A stretch of DNA of 64,000 nt. It comes from Flavobacteriales bacterium. Lineage in GTDB: Bacteria > Bacteroidota > Bacteroidia > Flavobacteriales_F > PHOS-HE28. Under the pieces are notes generated by a model, which had not been told where the DNA came from, ran no database searches, and saw only the letters and a list, made by a program, of their open reading frames with translations. The translations under genes were made by a program, and so were the position numbers. The stretch lies in contig JAGFIV010000104.1 of NCBI GenBank assembly GCA_024103275.1, forward strand, positions 3,779 through 67,778, written 5' to 3'. Positions 18,350 to 26,357 of this stretch are shown piece by piece (position 1 is the stretch's first letter; the number at the start of each line of letters is the position of its first letter).

Positions 18350-18766
18350 ATGAAGGGGAATGGAGGGATAAGCAACCTGCTCGTGGAGATCTGCAAGCAA
18401 CGGCGGAATCTGAGCAACGCCTTGCTGGCGGACGCGGGTGTGCATGGAGGCCAGGACATTCTCCTGTATCAGTTGAGGACCCGGGATGGACAGACCATAT
18501 CGGAGTTGGTTGAGAAGATGTGCATCCAGTACGCGACCCTCTCCACCATGGCCACTCGGATGGAAGCGAAGGGATTGGTCAAGCGGGAGAAGGATGGAGC
18601 TGACCAGCGGGTTTCGCGCTTGTTCCTGACGGAAATGGGCAGGGAGGCCTTTCACGAGGTTGCGTCGGTCTGGCGGCAAATGGAGCGACGACTTTCCCGG
18701 GACCTGTCGGAGGCCGAACAGCAGACCCTCAAGCGCCTATTGGAAAAGGTTTTGAAGAGCTTGTGA
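18350..18766 (+). CDS. MarR-family transcriptional regulator
   Basis: Start MKGNGGISNLL (residue 30 of track ORF). wHTH …ISELVEKMCIQYATLSTMATRMEAKGLVKREKDGADQRVSRLFLTEMG…. Confidence 0.8.
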   Translation: MKGNGGISNLLVEICKQRRNLSNALLADAGVHGGQDILLYQLRTRDGQTISELVEKMCIQYATLSTMATRMEAKGLVKREKDGADQRVSRLFLTEMGREAFHEVASVWRQMERRLSRDLSEAEQQTLKRLLEKVLKSL

Positions 18767-18786
18767 GGTTTTTTAAAAGAGAGAAA

Positions 18787-18800
18787 GTTAGGCGACTAAC
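18787..18800. promoter_or_regulatory. Perfect palindrome GTTAGgcgaCTAAC upstream of the NmrA-like gene - candidate MarR operator
   Basis: 5-bp arms, 4-bp spacer, 39 bp upstream of ATG 18839, in AT-rich spacer. Confidence 0.4.
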
Positions 18801-18838
18801 AAAATGTGCAGAATAAACGAAGACCAAACCAGGAAACG

Positions 18839-19708
18839 ATGAAGAAACAGGAACGGATCGCCGTATTCGGCGCGACTGGAAAAGTGGGAAGGGAGTTGAT
18901 CGGACTGCTTTCACGGGACGGCATATCGGCCATCGCGATTACCAGGAACAAGGCCAAGGCTAAACCCCTGGCAGGCATTCAGTGGATGGAGGCCGATATG
19001 AACGACCCTGGGGCCGTTGAACAAGTGATGCGTGAGTGCCGGACCGTGTTTCTGGCATCGAGTGTGAATCCGAACTTCACCCAGGAACAAGGGAATGTGA
19101 TCGAGGCGGCCGTGCAGCATGGCTTGGCACACATCGTGAAGCTATCATCCCCCGGTGCGGACAAGGATTCCAGGAACTTCATCGCCCGTCCGAACGGCGT
19201 GGTGGAGGAGCATTTGAAACGGTCAGGCATCGCCTACACCATCCTACAGCCCAATACGTTCATGCAGAATTGGATCGGCCACTTCTCCGAAACCGTACAG
19301 CGGGAGCGAAGGATCTACGAAGCCACAGGTGACGGCAAGAAACCCTTCCTCGACACGCGGGACATCGCGGCCAGCGCGCATGCGATCCTGATGCGACCGG
19401 AGGGGCATCGGGACAAGACATACCTGTTGACCGGAGGGGAGGCGGTGAGCTACGGACAGGTCGCGGAGGCGATCGGTGAAGCGATTGAGGCACCTGTGGA
19501 GTATGTATCCATGACCAGTGAAGAAGCCCGGGAGCGCATGGAGCGGTTCGGCATGCCGGCCATGATGGTCAACACGTTCATCGCCATCGCCGAAGGTCAA
19601 CGGCAGGGGAAGGCCGATTACGTGAACGACCAGGTGGAGAAGCTGTTGGGCCGGAAGCCCATCGACATCCGGCAGTTCGCGAAGGACCATGTCCGGTATT
19701 TCAAGTAG
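18839..19708 (+). CDS. NmrA-like / atypical SDR NAD(P)H-binding oxidoreductase
   Basis: Start MKKQERIAVFGATGKVGRE (Rossmann GxxGxxG). 290 aa NmrA-family architecture. Confidence 0.85.
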   Translation: MKKQERIAVFGATGKVGRELIGLLSRDGISAIAITRNKAKAKPLAGIQWMEADMNDPGAVEQVMRECRTVFLASSVNPNFTQEQGNVIEAAVQHGLAHIVKLSSPGADKDSRNFIARPNGVVEEHLKRSGIAYTILQPNTFMQNWIGHFSETVQRERRIYEATGDGKKPFLDTRDIAASAHAILMRPEGHRDKTYLLTGGEAVSYGQVAEAIGEAIEAPVEYVSMTSEEARERMERFGMPAMMVNTFIAIAEGQRQGKADYVNDQVEKLLGRKPIDIRQFAKDHVRYFK

Positions 19709-19792
19709 GCCGGGATCGAACATTCCCCGGCGCTTGGCTATGGCGAGGGGCGCTTGGGTAAGGAGAAGGCCAGAGGCCGAAGTAGGCAGGCA

Positions 19793-19874
19793 CTCGGCGA
19801 AGCCGAGCACCGCGGTGTTTAGCCGAACACCGGGTGCTGAATGCAAACGGCCGCACCCAAGTGATGCAGCCGTT
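19793..19874. terminator. Cluster of three hairpins (19793-19807, 19813-19832, 19846-19874) in the 189-bp convergent spacer between the NmrA-like gene and the TonB-dependent receptor; no U-tracts
   Basis: CTCGGC-gaa-GCCGAG; CGGTGTT-tagccg-AACACCG; AACGGC-n17-GCCGTT, read directly. Confidence 0.3.
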
Positions 19875-19897
19875 AGCACGGGTTGAACAAGCGTTCG

Positions 19898-22741
19898 TCA
19901 CAGTGACCACGAGAGCCCGGCGGTGAAGTACGCTCCGCGGCGGAAGCTGCTGATCATTTCGTCGTTGTCCGTGATGGAGCCGTCGCCGTTGCCGTCCTGC
20001 CGGAGCAGCGTGCGTGCGTTGAGGATGTTCTGGGCGCCCACCTTCAGCTGGACCCGGTTGCCGAGCTCCATGCCCACCGTGGCGTCCAGGCTGCCGGCGG
20101 GCATCTCGTAGATGTCGGGCGTGCCGAAGCTGCCCACGGCGTAGAGGCGCTTGCCGAAGGTGTTGTACACCACGTTGCATTGGATGCCGCTGGCCGTGTC
20201 AGCGTAGAAGACACCGGCGTTCACCACATACGGGCTCTGGCCCATCATCGGGCGCTCGTTCTCCTGGCCCACGGCCTGCGGCCCGAGAATGACGTTGCTT
20301 TGCACCAGCGTGCCATTGAGCAGCAGGCCCACGTTGTGCAGGCGTTCAGTGCCCAATATGGAGCCGATGGACCGGCGCACTTCCACCTCGGCACCGATGC
20401 TGCGCGCACCCTCGGCATTGCGGAAGGTGAAGTTGTGCGTGCCGCCGGAACCCGCGCCGGGAACGAAGAACAGCTCGATGGGGTCGGTGAAGTCCTTGTG
20501 GAACATGCCGAGGCTCACCGTTTCGCCGGGTGACGGGTACCACTCCCAGCGCGCGTCCAGGTTGCGGATGGTGGCGGTGGTGAGCTCCGGGTTGCCGTAG
20601 AGCACATTGTTGGTGCTGAAGTCGTAGAAGGAGAAAGGTGCCAGCTCGCGGAATTCCGGGCGGTTCACGGTGTTGCTCCAGGCTACGCGCACCAAGGAGG
20701 TTTCCGTGATGTTCCAGGCCGCGTTCACCGAGGGAAGAACGCTGGTCACGAGTTCGTCCACGTGCACGGGTTGCCCGCCGTAAGTGGCCCCTTGCAGTTC
20801 CTGGCGGTTGTATTCCACACGGACGCCACCCTGCACGGTGAACAGCTCGGCCCATTTCACCGTGGTGCCCGCATAGCCCGCGACCAGCGTATTGGCGGCG
20901 GTGTAGCGGTCGCTCGGGTTGGTGCCTTCCTGCAGCTTGAAGCCGGTGCTGCCGTTGATGTGCTCCCCGGAGAAGACCTGGTCCAAGGGCAAGGTGACCA
21001 AGGTGTTGTCGAATTGGCCGGTGTTCGCCTTGCGGAAGCTCATCCAGCGGGCGCTGAAATCACGGTCCTTGCGCTCGGCCAGGCCGCCGGCGCGCAGCAC
21101 GGCGCTGAGTTTCGCGTCCTCGGCGCCCAGCTTGTGCGTCAAGCCGAGCTTGCCGGTCCAGGTGCTTTCATCCAGGTCGCTGTAGAAACGGCCCGCGTCC
21201 AGTGTGGAGGCAGTGGGGGCGATCACCACCTGGAAGGGACTGTCGCTCTCGCCGATGTTGCGCACGGTGCGCAGGCGCCGCAGGTCGGGCACCTTGCTCC
21301 AGGCGCGGCCGTAGCCGATGGTCCAGTCCACGTTGCCGCGGTCCTCCATCACGTCGTGGCTGCCGTGCAGCTGCCCGCTGTACAGCGTGCGCTGCTCATA
21401 GCGGAAGGCCTGGTTACGCACTTCGAAGCCCTCCTCCAGGTTGCGGCCCGTGCGTTCGGTCACGCCGTTCTCACCCATCTGGTTGAAGAGGTTGCGGAAC
21501 TCCAGCTTGGTCCGCGTGCCGATCAACGCGCTCCAGTTGTGCATCACGCCTAGGCGTGCGGTGCGGAGGTTCTCCTGGTCGAGGTAGTTGTAGATGGTGT
21601 CGCTGCGGCCCGTGTTGGCGTTGAACGCGTTGTAGTTGTAGTTCTGCGCGGACCAGGTGGCGCTGGTATTGGAAAGGTCGATGGAGGTGACGGTGCCGTA
21701 GCGGGTATGTGCGCCTTCCTTGCCGAACCGGCGGGCGATGAGCAGCCCCAACCGCAGGTCGGGAGCGGCGGTGGCCGTGGAGGCGGACCAGGTGTTGGGC
21801 AGTGCGCGCCCGTAGGCCGCGAGCTGGGCGGCATCGTCCACGTTGTTCAGGTGGTCGGGAAAGGTGGTGGGCAATGCACGGGAACCGTCGTCGAATCCGA
21901 GGAAGTCCGTGCCGCTGCGCTGGTCCTGGCGGATGTCGCCGAAGGTGCTGCCACTGCGGATCCCCGTGCCTAGGCTCACCTTCACCTCGTTCTTTTCGGG
22001 TACGCCCAGCGTGGAAAGCGCGATGGTTCCACCGGCGAAATCACCGGGCAGCTCGGGTGCGCCGCTCTTGTACACCATCATGCGGTCCAAGGCCCCGGCC
22101 GGCAGCAGGTCGAAGCTGAAGGCGCGGCGGTCGGGCTCCATGCTGGGCGCGGCCACGCCATTGAGCAGCACGGTGTTGTAGCGGTCTGCCAGGCCGCGCA
22201 CCATCACGAAGCGGCCGTCGGTGACGGTGACGCCGGGGATGCGTCGCACGGCATCGGCGGCGCTGCGGTCCTGCCCCTTGGCGATCTGCTGGCGGCCCAG
22301 TCCGTTGGCCAATTGTTCGCTGTTGCGCACGGCCATCATCACCGCGGCCTCGGTGTGGACACGGCGTTCGCGCACCACGTGCACGGCCTCCATCTCCATG
22401 GTACCGTCGCCCAAGGCGATCGCAGCCTGCACATGCGCACCGGGCGGTACGCTCACCACCTGCTCCACATTGGGCCGGCCGACGATGCTGGCCACCAAGG
22501 TGATATCGCCGGGGGCCACGGTGAGGGTGAACCGGCCGTCCAGGTCCGTGCTGACACCCGTGGCCGTTCCCTTCACCAGCACATTGGCGAAGGGCTGGGG
22601 CACCGGAACCCCATTCTCCATCGCGGTGACGGTGCCTTGGATGGTGCCGTTCTGTGCGAATGCCGCCAGCGCAGGAAACAATGCGGACAGCAGCAGGGCC
22701 AGGCGGAAAGCAGCAGCGCGGAACGAATTGCGGTTTTTCAT
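19898..22741 (-). CDS. TonB-dependent outer-membrane receptor (N-terminal carboxypeptidase-regulatory-like domain, plug, 22-strand barrel)
   Basis: Start MKNRNSFRAAAFRLALLLSALFPALAAFAQ. …NGTIQGTVTA…DLDGRFTL… CarbopepD_reg-like, then a typical TBDR. No SusD-like partner. Confidence 0.9.
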   Translation of the reverse strand: MKNRNSFRAAAFRLALLLSALFPALAAFAQNGTIQGTVTAMENGVPVPQPFANVLVKGTATGVSTDLDGRFTLTVAPGDITLVASIVGRPNVEQVVSVPPGAHVQAAIALGDGTMEMEAVHVVRERRVHTEAAVMMAVRNSEQLANGLGRQQIAKGQDRSAADAVRRIPGVTVTDGRFVMVRGLADRYNTVLLNGVAAPSMEPDRRAFSFDLLPAGALDRMMVYKSGAPELPGDFAGGTIALSTLGVPEKNEVKVSLGTGIRSGSTFGDIRQDQRSGTDFLGFDDGSRALPTTFPDHLNNVDDAAQLAAYGRALPNTWSASTATAAPDLRLGLLIARRFGKEGAHTRYGTVTSIDLSNTSATWSAQNYNYNAFNANTGRSDTIYNYLDQENLRTARLGVMHNWSALIGTRTKLEFRNLFNQMGENGVTERTGRNLEEGFEVRNQAFRYEQRTLYSGQLHGSHDVMEDRGNVDWTIGYGRAWSKVPDLRRLRTVRNIGESDSPFQVVIAPTASTLDAGRFYSDLDESTWTGKLGLTHKLGAEDAKLSAVLRAGGLAERKDRDFSARWMSFRKANTGQFDNTLVTLPLDQVFSGEHINGSTGFKLQEGTNPSDRYTAANTLVAGYAGTTVKWAELFTVQGGVRVEYNRQELQGATYGGQPVHVDELVTSVLPSVNAAWNITETSLVRVAWSNTVNRPEFRELAPFSFYDFSTNNVLYGNPELTTATIRNLDARWEWYPSPGETVSLGMFHKDFTDPIELFFVPGAGSGGTHNFTFRNAEGARSIGAEVEVRRSIGSILGTERLHNVGLLLNGTLVQSNVILGPQAVGQENERPMMGQSPYVVNAGVFYADTASGIQCNVVYNTFGKRLYAVGSFGTPDIYEMPAGSLDATVGMELGNRVQLKVGAQNILNARTLLRQDGNGDGSITDNDEMISSFRRGAYFTAGLSWSL

Positions 22742-22798
22742 GCCGCAAAAGTCCCGGACGGCCATTGCGCCATCCTTACCCCAATGTTATCGGATCGT

Positions 22799-23587
22799 TC
22801 AGACGGAAGCCTCCCGCTGGCGCTCCTTGAACGTCTTTCCCTTGATGGGCTGTTTCAGGAACCACCATTCCGGGATGTCGCCGCCTTTGCCCTTGCGGTC
22901 CTGCCACATGTCCACCAGTTGGTCCTGCAGCACGGCGGTGGCCTCTTCCACGCTGTCAACCACGTGGATGAAATCCATCTCACCCTTGCTGATGGTGCCT
23001 TGGCCCACCATGTGTTCCAGCTGCTGCAATGTGCCCTTCCAGAATTCCTTTCCATAGAGGATGACGGGGAAGCCCTTCACCTTGCCGGTCTGGATCAAGG
23101 TGGCGGTCTCGAAAAGCTCATCCATGGTACCGGCACCGCCGGGCATCACCACGAAGCAGACGCTGTATTTCAGCAGCAGCACCTTGCGCACGAAGAAGTG
23201 GTCGAAGGTGAGGTCCACGTCGAGGTACTTGTTGGCGAACTGCTCATGAGGCAGCACGATGTTGCATCCCACGCTGGTGGCGCCCACGTCCTTGGCGCCG
23301 CGGTTGGCGGCCTCCATCACCCCGGGCCCGCCACCGGTCATCACGGTGAAGCCCACGCGCCCCACACGCCGGGCGATGGACCGCGTGGCCCCGTAGTAGG
23401 GATGATCCTCCGGGAAGCGGGCGCTGCCGAAGAAAGTGACGCACGGCCCCACGAAATGCAGCTTGCGGAAGCCATAGAAGAATTGTTGCGCGATCTTCAG
23501 CAGCGTCTTGAACTCCTTCCATCGGGAGCGTGGGCCGCTGAGAAAGCTCAGGTCGATATGGCTCCTTGTGGCTTTGGTCTTGGCCAT
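22799..23587 (-). CDS. LOG-family (TIGR00730) nucleotide 5'-monophosphate nucleosidase-like protein
   Basis: …CVTFFGSARFPEDHPYY…TGGGPGVMEAANRGA…VVMPGGAGTMDELFE… (PGGxGTxxE motif). Start is uncertain: ATG 23587 (MAKTKATRSH…) is chosen; 23659 and 23731 are also possible. Confidence 0.75.
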   Translation of the reverse strand: MAKTKATRSHIDLSFLSGPRSRWKEFKTLLKIAQQFFYGFRKLHFVGPCVTFFGSARFPEDHPYYGATRSIARRVGRVGFTVMTGGGPGVMEAANRGAKDVGATSVGCNIVLPHEQFANKYLDVDLTFDHFFVRKVLLLKYSVCFVVMPGGAGTMDELFETATLIQTGKVKGFPVILYGKEFWKGTLQQLEHMVGQGTISKGEMDFIHVVDSVEEATAVLQDQLVDMWQDRKGKGGDIPEWWFLKQPIKGKTFKERQREASV

Positions 23588-23838
23588 GGCCGCGAAGGTA
23601 CCTTCTTGTTCAATGGCTTCCTGAAGCAGACCGGTAGGCAATGGGATGCTCTGACCCATGTGGATCACGATCGGGAACGTACGGGCCGTGATACGAACCG
23701 GGATGGATGCGGTTACCCTGATCCGAACCAAGTCTAATCCTTTTCAATCGCTTCAACCTCCGAAGGGTGTCGCACAGCGGGCCTTGCCATCCATGTCAAA
23801 CACCCACCATGATCGCCGCCGCGTCACCCGCACTGATC

Positions 23839-23872
23839 GCAGGGTCTCCGCCAAGAGCGCGGGAGACCCTGC
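23839..23872. promoter_or_regulatory. Perfect 11-bp inverted repeat GCAGGGTCTCC-n12-GGAGACCCTGC in the divergent LOG / lipoprotein promoter region
   Basis: Read directly. Overlaps the expected -33 region of the lipoprotein promoter. Not positioned as a terminator for either gene. Confidence 0.4.
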
Positions 23873-23904
23873 GAAGGGTTAAAAGGGTTAGCGCACGTAA
23901 GGCC

Positions 23905-23912
23905 TATTTTTG
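23905..23912 (+). promoter_or_regulatory. -7 promoter element TATTTTTG 5 nt upstream of ATG 23917 (leaderless-type)
   Basis: Exact TAnnTTTG match. The track ORF begins at TTG 23914, but ATG 23917 is more likely. Confidence 0.4.
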
Positions 23913-23916
23913 ATTG

Positions 23917-24540
23917 ATGCACACATACAGGTCAATTATTGCGTTAGCTGCCGGCACGGTGTTCCTCATGGCCGGATGCAGTAAGGACCCGGAAGTGCTG
24001 CCCGCGCCGGAGGTCGGTTCCGTTGCGCTTTGCGATGCGTTCATCCTGCCCGAATACATGTCACAGGATACGGTAATGATACCGACGAGCAATGGCCTGA
24101 ATACCAGCGAGGCCTGTTTTCGGTATCCCTGCATGACCTATTCCCTAACGTTGCGGGCGTCCCGGACCCAGTATCCGATCAATGGCCAGGAAATCACCAG
24201 CATCAGCGTGGAAGTCGACGGCAACAGCCTGGACAGTATTGGGCTGTTGGCCCAGCCTCCGATGGTCAACACCTTCAACCCACGCTCATTTGAAGTGGGC
24301 GACACGCTCAGCCCCTATCAAGAAGTACGACCGGCAGCCTACCTGTATTTCGCCGATGGCATGGAAGGGGCCAGCTCGATCTTTCCGGAGGTATGGTACT
24401 TGGGATTCGTAAAGATCATTGATGGGGTGAAACATGTCGGTTACATGCGGATCGGCACCTATGACCCGCCTTCGGGCTATTTTTTCCAGGAGGTTAAGCT
24501 GGCTGGGTGCCCCGGCATGCCGATCGTGATCACGGAGTGA
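23917..24540 (+). CDS. Hypothetical lipoprotein (visibly lower GC than neighbours)
   Basis: MHTYRSIIALAAGTVFLMAGCSKDPE lipobox. ~207 aa with no recognisable domain. Confidence 0.6.
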   Translation: MHTYRSIIALAAGTVFLMAGCSKDPEVLPAPEVGSVALCDAFILPEYMSQDTVMIPTSNGLNTSEACFRYPCMTYSLTLRASRTQYPINGQEITSISVEVDGNSLDSIGLLAQPPMVNTFNPRSFEVGDTLSPYQEVRPAAYLYFADGMEGASSIFPEVWYLGFVKIIDGVKHVGYMRIGTYDPPSGYFFQEVKLAGCPGMPIVITE

Positions 24541-24626
24541 GGAAATTGGCTGGCTTGGCGGCCGGCGCAAGTGCGGGAAGGGACCTTTCCGGGAGGTGGT
24601 GGCCCGGATCCATTTAACGCTGTACC

Positions 24627-26357
24627 TTGCCCCCGGAAATGATCCGCCGGGTCGGAAGCACCACTCTCCAGTGCCTCCTGCTCATCGCGTTATTCCAGGG
24701 GTACCGTCCACTCTCATCGTTGCACGGCCCCGGAAGACAACCTGGTCACCCCGTGGTGACCGCACACGCGATGGTAGTGAGCGCCCATCCCGTGGCCACG
24801 GCCGTGGGCGTGGATGTATTGCGCGATGGGGGCAATGCGATCGATGCCGCCGTGGCGGTCCATTGGGCCCTGGCTGTCACCTCCCCCTGGGCCGGCAATG
24901 TGGGTGGCGGCGGATTTGCGGTGGTACGGCTGCACGGTGGGCAGGCCATGGCCTTGGACTTCCGTGAAACCGCTCCCGGCAAGGCCTCCTCCGACATGTT
25001 CCTGGGCGCCGACGGCCGGCCACTGCATGAAGTGAGCACCCATGGTGCCTTGGCCAGCGGGGTTCCGGGCAGCGTGGCCGGGTTGTTTGCCCTACGGGAC
25101 AGCCTGGGGCGCCTGCCGATGGAGCGCCTGATCCAACCGGCGATCGACCTGGCGCGCAACGGATGCGTCCTGTCCCCCTTGGAGGCACACGAGATCAATG
25201 TGTGCATGCCCATGCTGCAGAAGTACAGCACACGCCCCAGCGCATTCACCGCCCGTGCAAAGTGGGAGGCGGGTGATACCCTGTTCCAGCCCGACCTGGC
25301 CCGCACGCTGGAGCGGATCCGCGATCGGGGACGTGACGGCTTTTACCGGGGCGAAACGGCGCAGGCCATTGTCCACGAAATGGAGCGGGGCGGAGGGATC
25401 ATCACCACGGAGGACCTGGCCGGGTACGAGGCGGTGTGGAGGCCGGTGGTACGGGGGCAATACCGCGACATCGGGGTCATCAGCATGCCGCCCCCGTCAA
25501 GCGGTGGCATGATGCTCCTGCAGATGCTGCAAGGCATGGAGGCCATGGACGTGGGTGCGGCAGGCTGGCAATCCCCCGCCACGGTGCATCGGATGGTCGA
25601 AGTGGAACGGCGGGCGTTTGCCGACCGTTCCTCGTTCTATGGAGATCCGGCATTCACCCACATCCCCGTGGAGGGCCTGCTGGACAGCCTGTACAACCTG
25701 GGGCGCATGGTCGACTTCAATCCGCTGCACGCCACCTCTAGCGCGACGGTGCGCCCCGGGCTGCCGCCCACTGAGCATGAGCAGACCACGCACTTCTCCA
25801 TCGTGGACGGGGAAGGGAACGCGGTTTCCTGCACCACCACCCTCAACGGCATGTATGGCAACGGCGTGGTGGTGGGCGGGGCGGGCTTCGTGCTGAACAA
25901 TGAGATGGACGATTTCAGTTCGGCACCCGGCGTGCCGAACAGCTACGGCCTCACCGGAGGGGAGGCCAATGCGATCGCCCCGGGCAAGCGCATGCTCTCG
26001 TCCATGGCGCCCACGATCCTCGAACGGGACGGAAAACTGCTGATGGTCCTGGGCTCACCTGGCGGAAGCGCGATCCCGACCTCGATCTTCCAGGTGATCC
26101 TGAACGTAGTGGACCATGGCATGGACATGCAGCAGGCGGTGTCGGCCCCCCGTTTCCACCATCAATGGCTGCCGGATACCATCCAGGTTGAATATGACGC
26201 GATCGCGGCGCAGGACAGCTTGAAGCTGGTGAACATGGGACACCGGTTCAAAAGCCGCCGGGCGATCGGCCGGGTGGATGCCATCCTCAGGCTCCCTGAT
26301 GGCCGTCTGGAAGGTGGCGCGGACCCGCGCGGTGAGGATTCTGCAGGTGGTTATTGA
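24627..26357 (+). CDS. ggt: Gamma-glutamyltranspeptidase
   Basis: 576 aa. Catalytic-Thr region …TTHFSIVDGEGNAVSCTTTLNGMYGNG…. Alternative start at 24639 (MIRRVG…). Confidence 0.95.
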   Translation: MPPEMIRRVGSTTLQCLLLIALFQGYRPLSSLHGPGRQPGHPVVTAHAMVVSAHPVATAVGVDVLRDGGNAIDAAVAVHWALAVTSPWAGNVGGGGFAVVRLHGGQAMALDFRETAPGKASSDMFLGADGRPLHEVSTHGALASGVPGSVAGLFALRDSLGRLPMERLIQPAIDLARNGCVLSPLEAHEINVCMPMLQKYSTRPSAFTARAKWEAGDTLFQPDLARTLERIRDRGRDGFYRGETAQAIVHEMERGGGIITTEDLAGYEAVWRPVVRGQYRDIGVISMPPPSSGGMMLLQMLQGMEAMDVGAAGWQSPATVHRMVEVERRAFADRSSFYGDPAFTHIPVEGLLDSLYNLGRMVDFNPLHATSSATVRPGLPPTEHEQTTHFSIVDGEGNAVSCTTTLNGMYGNGVVVGGAGFVLNNEMDDFSSAPGVPNSYGLTGGEANAIAPGKRMLSSMAPTILERDGKLLMVLGSPGGSAIPTSIFQVILNVVDHGMDMQQAVSAPRFHHQWLPDTIQVEYDAIAAQDSLKLVNMGHRFKSRRAIGRVDAILRLPDGRLEGGADPRGEDSAGGY

